Position numbers and translations under genes: made by a program. Positions 28,570-37,234 of a DNA stretch of 64,000 bases are shown in pieces. Every line of letters begins with the position of its first letter. Within the stretch, counting starts at the first letter, position 1. The notes beneath the pieces are model-generated. The model was not told where the DNA came from and did not search any database. It saw nothing but the letters and a program-made list of their open reading frames with translations. This stretch comes from Eubacteriales bacterium. Its GTDB lineage: Bacteria; Bacillota; Clostridia; Oscillospirales; CAG-272. The stretch lies in the NCBI GenBank assembly GCA_045651165.1, contig JAZRRX010000039.1, forward strand, positions 111,448 to 175,447, given 5' to 3'.

Positions 28570-28780
28570 GAAAGCAAATTATACTATACACTAGCAATCA
28601 ATTACCACCGTAGAAACAACCAAATCTTTAGCATTTGTAAAAACGTTGTAAGTATTAACCGCATAGTGTACAAATATATAATTCTAATCTAAAAAGTTTT
28701 GAACATTACCGTCTCCCTCCATAATTAGAAGGTAAAGTCTTTTCTTATTAACTATGAAGAAAATTCTACTCGATTTTATA

Positions 28781-31117
28781 TCAAAATACCAACCCATTAA
28801 ATGTAGCGGGGTTATCGAGTGGCTCCAATGTTTCCACCACCTCACCGTTTTCGGTGATTTCCAGTGTTACACGATGTCTCATTTTTTCCTTGACATACTG
28901 TTCCATATATGAACCACGTGGTGAGCGAATAACAATACCGTTATAACAAGAAAGGCAATAAACATCCTCCACATTTATGACGCTTGCGGGAATCAGGACA
29001 GTGCCATTCACATCAGAAAGTGCAAAGACACCAAGCGTTTCGGTACCGTCGGGCACGGCATAGAAATCCTCCAAAATTTTGGCATGTACAAGCTTTTTAC
29101 CGTCTTTCGTAAATATAGAACCATCCACCGACTTATAATTAGGGTTGTCGGTGGACACCTCCGCCTCATAGAACAATCCGCCCCACTTGTACTGAGGTTC
29201 GATATGCGTAACAGAAGAAGGAATACATAGCTTTTCAAAAGATCCGTCAGATAGTTGGAAAGCACTGCCACCGATCGACGATATGCTCTCCGGCAAAACT
29301 CCTTGAATCTCTACCGCACCTGGTGCATAAGTCAAAAGCTCTCCTTGGCGACTGCACAGATGTCCTTCTATTGCCACGTATTTGGGATTTCTCTCCGAAA
29401 CAACAAATTCTTTAAGGTCTGGTGCCGGACCGTCAAAGCCCTCGCACCAAAGACGTGTCATAGTTGATGGAATTACAACCTTTTTGCATTGTGATAAATT
29501 AATACGATCATTGGTAGTGGTTACACCTTCCGGAAAAACAAGCTCATCACCGAACTCGCCTAACTGCCTAACGTTTCCATGCTCATCAACTATCATAATG
29601 CTCTGCAAATCTATAAGATATTTATCGGCATTCTCATCTAGTATAGGAGTTTTCATAAAATCTTCAATCTCATACTCCTTGATAACATGAAATTTCAAAC
29701 CGTGCTTATCACAGTATTGTTGAGCAGCACTTCCCTCTGCTCCTCCAATCACTATGTCATTATCGATATACGGACACTCAAAACCGCAAATCTGCACAAA
29801 GAATGGATATGTGTCATCAGGGAATCCCTCAACGCCTGCGGCAAAATAGATATGACGCAGGTCTCGGGCATTAATAAATGCACTTTCATTGATTGATACA
29901 CAATTATTTCCCACCTTCAAGCACTGCAAATTTTTGGCATACTCAAAAGCGCATTCCCCAACATTACACACGCGTTCGTCAACTTCGTAATAAAGCTGTG
30001 GTTTTGCAGGACAGTATTTTACGAGTGTTTTATAATTACTTGTAAAAAGCACATCATCCTCTGCAACATACCATTTGTTGTTTTCGTCAACCGTGATACT
30101 TTCCAAATTCGGGCACCCGTAACTATAGGAGTGATTTTTACCACAAAACGCCTCGGGGGTGATTTTTTGCACATCAGCACCGATGTGTACGCTTTTCAGA
30201 TTTGGATAGTCATCAAAAGCGAGATCCGAAAGCACGGTAATACTGTCGCCAATAATGATTTTCTCGATTTTTTCTCGACGGTATCGATTAATTTTTCGAT
30301 TGGCATTTTTGATAACAATATCCGTCATCGTATTCTGAACGCACGGAGCAAGAATCATAAGCACTCCGTCAACAAATCTAATACTATAACCCTTGTCGCT
30401 CTCATCAATGAAAAATTCAGTTTCACATTCAATCTGTTCACGTAATTTTCTGCGAAGCTCCTCTTCGCTTGCAGCATAGAAGCTCTCCACCTCGTCTTCA
30501 TCAACTTCAACAAAGTCTATGTTTCGTTCGTTACAGTATTCCTCAATAACAGAACCTTTCGCACCACCGACAGTGCTAATGGGATAATAGCGTCCGCCGT
30601 CATCACCACCTACATCAAATATCTCACCTTCAAGCTCGGTGACTGTTGGTGGGATATAGATTGTTCTCAGATTAAAATATCCGTCACTCATCAAACCACG
30701 ATTTCCGATTTTAGTAATGTTTCTGCCAATATCAATGCGAAGAAGCTCTGGCGCATCTGCAAAGCAATCCGCGGCAATTTCAGTTGCGAAATCAGGAATC
30801 GTATAACGCGACTCCCCTTCCTTATTGTACTTCACGACTATCTTTCTATCCTTGGAAAACATTACTCCGTCTTCGATAACATAATTTTCACTTATATATT
30901 TCTTTCTATATTCCTCAATGGTTGATTTATTGGCAGGCGAATACTCGTCTTCAAACTTCAATGGTTCCGCTTCCCAATTACAATGAGGGCAAACAAACCA
31001 ATCGTCAAAGGTCTCGTCGCCGCAAATAGGACAGCTGATAATATCTCTACCCAAATCAAGGCACATTTGATATTCGTCCTTGCCGATTATTTCAATTAAT
31101 TTTTTCTTTGTTGTCAT
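28781..31117 (-). CDS. Cytoplasmic zinc-ribbon plus BspA-type leucine-rich-repeat protein
   Basis: N-terminal CPICGDETFDDWFVCPHCNWEAEP. Recurrent LRR-type units (IPPTVTELEGEIF, IPSTMTRLW, IPSSVTHIE, IPASVINVE). No signal peptide or TM helix seen. Confidence 0.65.
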   Translation of the reverse strand: MTTKKKLIEIIGKDEYQMCLDLGRDIISCPICGDETFDDWFVCPHCNWEAEPLKFEDEYSPANKSTIEEYRKKYISENYVIEDGVMFSKDRKIVVKYNKEGESRYTIPDFATEIAADCFADAPELLRIDIGRNITKIGNRGLMSDGYFNLRTIYIPPTVTELEGEIFDVGGDDGGRYYPISTVGGAKGSVIEEYCNERNIDFVEVDEDEVESFYAASEEELRRKLREQIECETEFFIDESDKGYSIRFVDGVLMILAPCVQNTMTDIVIKNANRKINRYRREKIEKIIIGDSITVLSDLAFDDYPNLKSVHIGADVQKITPEAFCGKNHSYSYGCPNLESITVDENNKWYVAEDDVLFTSNYKTLVKYCPAKPQLYYEVDERVCNVGECAFEYAKNLQCLKVGNNCVSINESAFINARDLRHIYFAAGVEGFPDDTYPFFVQICGFECPYIDNDIVIGGAEGSAAQQYCDKHGLKFHVIKEYEIEDFMKTPILDENADKYLIDLQSIMIVDEHGNVRQLGEFGDELVFPEGVTTTNDRINLSQCKKVVIPSTMTRLWCEGFDGPAPDLKEFVVSERNPKYVAIEGHLCSRQGELLTYAPGAVEIQGVLPESISSIGGSAFQLSDGSFEKLCIPSSVTHIEPQYKWGGLFYEAEVSTDNPNYKSVDGSIFTKDGKKLVHAKILEDFYAVPDGTETLGVFALSDVNGTVLIPASVINVEDVYCLSCYNGIVIRSPRGSYMEQYVKEKMRHRVTLEITENGEVVETLEPLDNPATFNGLVF

Positions 31118-31256
31118 TTTTTATTCCTTTCTGCCATTATGGCATTAAAATTTGTATTATATTATTGAGTTTTCTTTTTTTGTGGGGCCATGGTACTATA
31201 CTATAGCCCGTCACAATACATATTTTTGATTTTTGTTTTATCCTTTTATTAATTTA

Positions 31257-31598
31257 TCAACTGCATTTAAGTGTCATTATAGTGTTTTCTGGGAAATTAT
31301 TCTCAATCACAAATTCTGCCAATGTATCGAAATATTCAAAAATCTCTTCGGGCACATCGGTTTCCATAATAATCTCAAAGTTATAGTAATTGTCTCCAAC
31401 CTCCCATACACTAACAAGAAACTTATCGGGACCTTTTACGAGGTCGTTTTCAAAGTAGTATCTTATCATTCCACCCGTATCATCAAGACAAGTAGGATAT
31501 ATCCCGTCTAGCGGAACGATTCGATACATCGCTCCTTCGCATTTAGTCTCCACCTTAATATTAGTCCACACAAAATGTTTTGTCTTACTTATTTTCAT
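31257..31598 (-). CDS. Hypothetical protein
   Basis: 113-aa ORF co-directional with its neighbours; no recognisable domain. Confidence 0.45.
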   Translation of the reverse strand: MKISKTKHFVWTNIKVETKCEGAMYRIVPLDGIYPTCLDDTGGMIRYYFENDLVKGPDKFLVSVWEVGDNYYNFEIIMETDVPEEIFEYFDTLAEFVIENNFPENTIMTLKCS

Positions 31599-31687
31599 TT
31601 TATTAATTCTCCTTATTATAAATTAAATAGCGATTTATGATACTAAGCATTTGTTTTGAAATCATGATAGTATTTTACTTTCATATA

Positions 31688-32200
31688 TTAGAAGCTCAAT
31701 CCACCAAATTTTCTAGGGGCACAAGGGCTTGCTATAGGGGGCTGAACTACTTCTTTTTCACATTTTTTTGCCTCATCAGTAGAGTTATCATCCGGCCATT
31801 CTGGAAGATCTTTCTGCTGATTGCGACTTAAGCAAAACTCAACCTTTGCAATCGTACGACCTTTGTATTCAGCGTGTACCACGCGAACCGCACCACGTTT
31901 ATGCCACCAATCAACAAGCGCATCTTGTTCATCTTCTCTGATATCAAACGAATTGAAAAACTCACCAATAAGCTGGTTCGTGCGAGCCGGATTCTCGGGG
32001 TTATACCAAATATAATGTCTAAGTTTGTGAGTGAATCCATTTACATAAAGCTCAATTTCGAGCCCTTTTCTACCATTGCTAGCCATTGTCTCACTTACGA
32101 GATCAATTTGAGCTCTATAATCTCCCTCAGGAAGAAGGTTTGATTTGCCAGTCTGGCTTTCGTTATACTGATTTGAGTTGTAATTCCATGTAAATCCCAT
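31688..32200 (-). CDS. DUF669-like phage-associated protein
   Basis: LLPEGDYRAQI, NGRKGLEIELYV and KRGAVRVVHAEYKGRTIAKVEF follow the DUF669 pattern as remembered. AAAGGAG RBS. Confidence 0.5.
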   Translation of the reverse strand: MGFTWNYNSNQYNESQTGKSNLLPEGDYRAQIDLVSETMASNGRKGLEIELYVNGFTHKLRHYIWYNPENPARTNQLIGEFFNSFDIREDEQDALVDWWHKRGAVRVVHAEYKGRTIAKVEFCLSRNQQKDLPEWPDDNSTDEAKKCEKEVVQPPIASPCAPRKFGGLSF

Positions 32201-32317
32201 GATAATTTCTCCTTTAATATATTTTTGATTTTATTGCTTTTGATAATTGAATTAAATATAATCAGCAGATCTTTTTATTTCAAATTACTTTTTTGTTAAT
32301 GTTAATTTAATAAGTAG

Positions 32318-32731
32318 TTATTTTTGTTTAATATAATTAACTTCCTTCCACTTTGGAAGTTTCTTTTGATATTCTTTATCAAGACAGAAAGCGATCTTAG
32401 CAAACATTTTACCCTGATATTGTGTATGTGTTATTCGAATCGCTCCCGTTTTGCGCTTCCACGAATCTAGGTTATCCTGCTCACTATAGTTAATATCAAA
32501 CGAGTTATATAATGCTTTGAGTCGATTGTTAGTGTGCTGCTCGTTACTTTCATCCAAACAAATGTGGTAAGTAAGTTTTCTAGCGGTGCCGCTAACATCA
32601 AGGACAATTTCAAGTAGATCATTGTTGTCACTATCGACTGTAATAGATGCTCGGTTAATTCGAACTCTGTAGTCCCCCTCTCTCATTATAGGGAAATTGG
32701 TATCAGTAATTAAATTTAAATAGTGATTCAT
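32318..32731 (-). CDS. DUF669-like protein, tandem paralog
   Basis: Shares EGDYR.RI, FNSFDI..EQD, GA.R..H..Y.G...AK..FCL and LP.W blocks with the 31688-32200 product. Start set to the ATG at 32731 behind GAGGT. Confidence 0.5.
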   Translation of the reverse strand: MNHYLNLITDTNFPIMREGDYRVRINRASITVDSDNNDLLEIVLDVSGTARKLTYHICLDESNEQHTNNRLKALYNSFDINYSEQDNLDSWKRKTGAIRITHTQYQGKMFAKIAFCLDKEYQKKLPKWKEVNYIKQK

Positions 32732-32749
32732 AGTTATAGACCTCATTTC

Positions 32750-32888
32750 ATTAGTAAAGTAATAGAGTAAATAATATAGGGGGTTATAAGATAGGTTTGG
32801 ATATGATATAGTATGGGTATAGGTAGGGAGAGAGGAGAGATGGGTAATAAAGATTGTATGAAATATAAATATTTAATAAAAAATGTAG
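32750..32888. other. 139-nt tract completely lacking C on the plus strand
   Basis: Direct reading: the last C is at 32749 and the next at 32889, with only three C up to 32971. G-rich purine runs such as GGTAGGGAGAGAGGAGAGATGGG. Confidence 0.9.
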
Positions 32889-33084
32889 CGTAAATAGTAA
32901 TTTGGGGATAAGTGTGGTTAGTGGATTTGCTAGTTTACGGTGATTTTTTAGTAAATAATATATTTATTTTTCAAAGAGCAAAAAAATGGGCAATTTTTAT
33001 ATATAGGGACCTCCACTGGACCACATATATATTATACAAAATGGGAGGTTTACTTTTATAGTCGCGTTGCGACCATTTTTATAA

Positions 33085-33120
33085 TAAAAAAAGCAAGCGA
33101 TGAACCTCGCTTGCTTTTTT
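33085..33120. terminator. Bidirectional terminator
   Basis: A-run, stem AGCAAGCGA/TCGCTTGCT, T-run; 13 nt downstream of the minus-strand stop at 33133. Confidence 0.8.
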
Positions 33121-33132
33121 CTGCTATTCTAT

Positions 33133-33909
33133 TTAAAATAATGGTTCGCACCCATTTCTTTCTAAAGTGTCATTTATTTCATGTATAATAAATCTTCTCG
33201 AGCTATTACATTTCAAAATAGCCTCTATAACCACCTCTTCTTTTTTATTGCGTCGAAAATCATATCCAATACTCTCTAGTAATCTTTTTGCATCTTCATA
33301 ATCAAGTTCCAACGCAAAACACAATCTAAATAAAATCCTACGGGAAACTGTTCCATATTTTTCTCTTCTTATTGAATTAAAAGTATCAATAGATACTCCA
33401 TAAGTTGTGGTTAAAGAATCTTTAAATTGCTTTTTTAAAGCACCCCTGGTCTTTTTTCCATCTTTATACTTGTCATAATATTTTTCAAGCAGTTCATCCA
33501 AAACATTATAAAATGATGTTTTTACTTCTATGTTTTCTATGGCAATATAGTTTGACATTGTTGTATCTTGGCCTACTAAAAAGCACTTATCACCATCAAC
33601 TATTTCATCCGAGCGATAAGTATCTTTTACATATTGGTCAATCCAAGCGAATATTTGTACTCGAGTATTAATCAAATCCATTACAAAATATTCTTGATTT
33701 GTTGCATAAGGAGTGGAGAAATTAGCCATCAAATCATCATAGTTACGAGTTCTCTTTTTTATGGCTACTTTGCTTCTATCCGCAAATCCAGCTTTTTTCA
33801 ACAAGTCTTCTATTATTTCAATATCCATATCACTGCGAAAAGCCCTGAGGTTCTCCATACAGTATTTGCAAACAATATAATCTTCTTCTATTGTCCATCT
33901 TTTTGCCAT
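33133..33909 (-). CDS. Putative DNA-binding protein (SANT/Myb-like N-terminus, XRE-like HTH C-terminus)
   Basis: N-terminal KRWTIEEDYIV (W-T-x-E-E-D) and C-terminal FNSIRREKYGTVSRRILFRLCFALELDYEDAKRLLESIGY. Confidence 0.4.
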   Translation of the reverse strand: MAKRWTIEEDYIVCKYCMENLRAFRSDMDIEIIEDLLKKAGFADRSKVAIKKRTRNYDDLMANFSTPYATNQEYFVMDLINTRVQIFAWIDQYVKDTYRSDEIVDGDKCFLVGQDTTMSNYIAIENIEVKTSFYNVLDELLEKYYDKYKDGKKTRGALKKQFKDSLTTTYGVSIDTFNSIRREKYGTVSRRILFRLCFALELDYEDAKRLLESIGYDFRRNKKEEVVIEAILKCNSSRRFIIHEINDTLERNGCEPLF

Positions 33910-33929
33910 AACATGAGCCCCCTAATAAA

Positions 33930-34029
33930 TTTGGTACAAAGATAGTATATCATACTTTTGGTACTAATTCAATATACAAATATCTTAAAATCAGTACCAA
34001 AAGAAACATTTGTGAACAAAGTACTAATT
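33930..34029. promoter_or_regulatory. Cluster of TTTGGTAC / GTACTAATT repeats upstream of the serine recombinase (res-like or operator sites)
   Basis: TTTGGTAC at 33930-33937 and 33957-33964 (the latter followed by TAATT), inverted GTACCAAA at 33994-34001, and AAAGTACTAATT at 34018-34029. Confidence 0.45.
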
Positions 34030-34126
34030 TTTATCAAAAGGGGCTCCCTTTTAGCTCAAAACACGACATAATATAGGTATAGAAAGAAACTTTAGTTTGA
34101 TTTAATACTGAAAGGAAGCTTATATT

Positions 34127-34825
34127 ATGATCTACGCTTATTGTCGTGTTTCAACTACACATCAAAGAATTGCTAGGCAGATTACCAACATTACTGCCGT
34201 GTATCCAAACGCCACCATTATTCGTGAGTTCTACACCGGAACGAAACAGGACCGCCCTAATTGGAATAAGCTCATGCATATAATTAAAAAGGAAGACACT
34301 ATCGTTTTTGATAGCGTCTCCCGTATGAGCCGTAATGCCGAAGAAGGCTTCAAAGATTACAAGATGCTATATGAATTAGGAGTACATCTCATTTTTCTCA
34401 ACGAACCATTAATAAACACTTCCGTCTTCGACTCAACACGTAATAACCTATTGAGTGTCAATGTCGAAACTGGTAATGAGGCGGTAGATAATTTCTTTAA
34501 AGGAAATATTGAGTTAATCAATAATTTCCTAATGGCACTCGCTGAAGAGCAAATCAAGACCGCATTTGACCAGGCAGAAAAGGAAGTCACAGACCTTCAC
34601 TCAAGAATATCTCAAGGTATCCGAGAAGCTAAGAAAAATGGAACACAGATAGGCCTAGCCAAAGGCACTTCCCTCACAACCAAGAAATCGCTTGATTGCA
34701 TCGCCATCATCAAAAAGCACTCAAAAGATTTCGGTGGTACTCTCGATGACCCTGATGTAATGAAACTCTGCGGTTGCTCCAGAAATTCTTATTATAAATA
34801 TAAAAAGGAAGCAAAGTCAAATTAA
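34127..34825 (+). CDS. Small serine recombinase (resolvase/invertase family)
   Basis: MIYAYCRVSTTHQ (catalytic Ser), VFDSVSRMSRN, C-terminal HTH-like tail; 232 aa. Confidence 0.85.
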   Translation: MIYAYCRVSTTHQRIARQITNITAVYPNATIIREFYTGTKQDRPNWNKLMHIIKKEDTIVFDSVSRMSRNAEEGFKDYKMLYELGVHLIFLNEPLINTSVFDSTRNNLLSVNVETGNEAVDNFFKGNIELINNFLMALAEEQIKTAFDQAEKEVTDLHSRISQGIREAKKNGTQIGLAKGTSLTTKKSLDCIAIIKKHSKDFGGTLDDPDVMKLCGCSRNSYYKYKKEAKSN

Positions 34826-34835
34826 GGAGGACATT

Positions 34836-35030
34836 ATGGACAAGGTTAAAATTGGAGATACCATTAAAATCATCAAAATGGAAGGCGAACCTCACTACAC
34901 CTACCGAGAGGGTGTAGTTACTCACATCGATGACGCAGGTCAAATACACGGAACCTGGGGTGGTTGTGCTATCATTCCATGGGTTGATACTTATATAGTC
35001 TTAAACAATAACATCAAAAAAAGAACTTGA
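34836..35030 (+). CDS. Small DUF4314-like protein
   Basis: IGDTIKIIKMEGEPHYTYREGVVTHIDDAGQIHGTWGG pattern; 64 aa; 10 nt after the recombinase gene. Confidence 0.45.
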   Translation: MDKVKIGDTIKIIKMEGEPHYTYREGVVTHIDDAGQIHGTWGGCAIIPWVDTYIVLNNNIKKRT

Positions 35031-35054
35031 CCATTTGAGTCAAGTTCTTTTTTT
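35015..35054. terminator. Bidirectional terminator
   Basis: A-run, stem AAGAACTTGAC/GTCAAGTTCTT, T-run; between convergent genes. Confidence 0.8.
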
Positions 35055-35060
35055 ACCTTA

Positions 35061-35486
35061 TTAAATTAATATGCCATTACAATGATCCACCTCGTGTTGG
35101 ATGATCTGCGCTGTCCAGCCGGTGTAGGTTTTGATGCGCATTTGCATTTCAAGAGTTTGATATCGCACCTTGATGGTATTATATCGCTTGCACTTGCGTG
35201 GGCCACCGAGTAGCGACAAACAGCCCTCTTCGGTATCGTACGCGCCGTCCTTCTTGATGATTTCGGGATTCAGCATCACGGTGTACGTAGGAGCTCGTCC
35301 GCTCTCGTCGAGAAAGGCGATAATGCGCTTGCGCACACCGATCATATTCGCAGCCATACCGACACAGCTTTCTCTGTGCGCTATCAGCGTGTCGAGCAAG
35401 TCGTGTGCCACCTGCAAATCTTCTTTCGTTGCAACCTCCGACTTTCCTGCAAGAAATATCGGGTCGTGCATTAATTCCTTAATCAT
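35061..35486 (-). CDS. def: Peptide deformylase (short, divergent motif 1)
   Basis: GMAANMIG (variant of GxGxAAxQ), EGCLS, HEVDHCNG; 141 aa. Visibly more GC-rich than its neighbours. Confidence 0.85.
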   Translation of the reverse strand: MIKELMHDPIFLAGKSEVATKEDLQVAHDLLDTLIAHRESCVGMAANMIGVRKRIIAFLDESGRAPTYTVMLNPEIIKKDGAYDTEEGCLSLLGGPRKCKRYNTIKVRYQTLEMQMRIKTYTGWTAQIIQHEVDHCNGILI

Positions 35487-35520
35487 CTCTCGTTACCTTA
35501 CCGTTAATTTCTTGTACTCA

Positions 35521-36198
35521 TCAATTATTAGAATTAGCGATCAAATATTTTTTATTATCGCAATAGTCTTCCATACCTTGAATAATACCCTGTAGAAATC
35601 TAATGATTATGTCTTTAATTGACTCCAAATCAGACAAAGTAAGATCTCTCGCGCACTGACTAAAGCTTTCATCCCCATGTGCCAAAGAATTTCGCTTCTT
35701 TCTTACTTCTTCAAGCTTGTTATCGTCATCAACAACAGTATATCTAATTCTATGATCATCACAAATATGTTTGATTCGCCCTGCGTTTAAATTGCCGTTT
35801 ATGTTGAGCATTCCTTTTTCAAGAATAAAAGGGGCGCTAGTCGTAATATCATCAACGATGTCTTTTACTCTATTGGTATATGTTTTTAATTCTGTTGAAG
35901 ATGAATAAACTTGCTTAACCTTAGCATCTCTCCATATAGTTTGAAGCTCTTGAACCATATTTTTATATGTACAAGAATCATTTTTTATGGATTCATAAAT
36001 TTCCAACATCCCAGTCGATACAGTAGATTCAACCAAATTATATAACATCAAAATAAAATTGGATTTCATTATTTTGAATAGTCGTGCGTTATCTATTGTA
36101 TGTATTGAAGAATTTTCTTTATCTATTTCTACTAAAACAGAATAATAAAATTCTATCTCACCTTTTCTTTCTTCAAAAGTTTCCTTAACGTTAATCAT
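35521..36198 (-). CDS. HEPN-domain nuclease-like protein (MAE_28990/MAE_18760-type)
   Basis: RKKRNSLAHGDESF (R-x4-H HEPN motif); 8-nt overlap with the upstream DUF262 gene. Confidence 0.65.
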   Translation of the reverse strand: MINVKETFEERKGEIEFYYSVLVEIDKENSSIHTIDNARLFKIMKSNFILMLYNLVESTVSTGMLEIYESIKNDSCTYKNMVQELQTIWRDAKVKQVYSSSTELKTYTNRVKDIVDDITTSAPFILEKGMLNINGNLNAGRIKHICDDHRIRYTVVDDDNKLEEVRKKRNSLAHGDESFSQCARDLTLSDLESIKDIIIRFLQGIIQGMEDYCDNKKYLIANSNN

Positions 36199-37234
36199 TT
36201 AACTTACCCAAAAGTATATCCCTTACATACTCAATTCTACCAATTAGTTTGTTTTGATTATTACTTGCATCCGATGTTGTCAAATGCTTAAATTCTTCAG
36301 AATTTATCCAATCCACATTATCAACTGTAAGGTCCGGTTGCTCTCGCAACGCCAAAGCGACGCCAACAGATATTGCTTCAAACCTTACACGTGGGGTTGT
36401 CGAAGCATTTTGTGTTTTGGCAAATCCAAACTCGAAATTTGCATCAACAAACGCTAGCATACGAGCAAATTCTATTTGATATTGTTCTTCATTGAATGTT
36501 TCCATATTATCAATCAAGAAGTCATTCAAAAATCCATTCACCTTATGAACGAAATTTTGGTAGTTGTTTAAATAAGCAAAGAAACGAAGAATAAGTTCAA
36601 AACGTTCTTGTCTCAAATTCTTTCCAGTAGATACAGGACAAAGTCTAATGAAATCAGCATTTTCTGTACAGTTCTCAATGAAGGTAGTTAATGGACCAGG
36701 ATAGGATCCACGGCGCACCTCAGAATCAGTAGCCTTCATTCCCGAAGTGTTGATTCTATTAAACAAATCCTGTCTAACATCAGAAGTTGTCTTTTCATCC
36801 AACACAATAACTCTAAATGCTTTGTTATTGAACTTTCTTTGTTGGGCTTCGGTCAAATCCTTAAACCTAAATCCGTTAAGATATGTCAGCTTTTCTAGAT
36901 TAGAAAGCCTCAATTTATTACTAACGAATTCAACAAGAGTTTGCATTCGTTGTGCACCATCGACTATCTCAAGGCGCCCATCATCACACGCTGCAAAGAA
37001 CATAAAAGGGATAGGCAATCCCAACAAAACAGATTCAATAAACATCGACTTATTTTTAGGACGCCATACGAATTTTCTTTGATATCCTGGAATGAAAAAG
37101 TCTTGCTTGTTAAATTTATCAACCAAATGTTCGATAGTATAATCTTTTGTATCGTATTCAATCTGTTTTTGAAATTCTTTAATTTGAAGCTCGGCTCTTT
37201 CTATTAATTCAGATGTTATTTTAATTCTCGGCAT
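36191..37234 (-). CDS. DUF262 (ParB/GmrSD N-terminal-like) protein
   Basis: PGYQRKFVW and IVDGAQRMQTL (DGQQR-like). Start set to the ATG at 37234 behind GGAGG, overlapping the methyltransferase stop. Confidence 0.75.
   Translation of the reverse strand: MPRIKITSELIERAELQIKEFQKQIEYDTKDYTIEHLVDKFNKQDFFIPGYQRKFVWRPKNKSMFIESVLLGLPIPFMFFAACDDGRLEIVDGAQRMQTLVEFVSNKLRLSNLEKLTYLNGFRFKDLTEAQQRKFNNKAFRVIVLDEKTTSDVRQDLFNRINTSGMKATDSEVRRGSYPGPLTTFIENCTENADFIRLCPVSTGKNLRQERFELILRFFAYLNNYQNFVHKVNGFLNDFLIDNMETFNEEQYQIEFARMLAFVDANFEFGFAKTQNASTTPRVRFEAISVGVALALREQPDLTVDNVDWINSEEFKHLTTSDASNNQNKLIGRIEYVRDILLGKLND

Noticed and set aside
32779-32844. G-quadruplex in the C-free tract
   Set aside because: Four G-runs exist, but the loops between them are 31, 7 and 14 nt, too long and irregular for a canonical G4 call.
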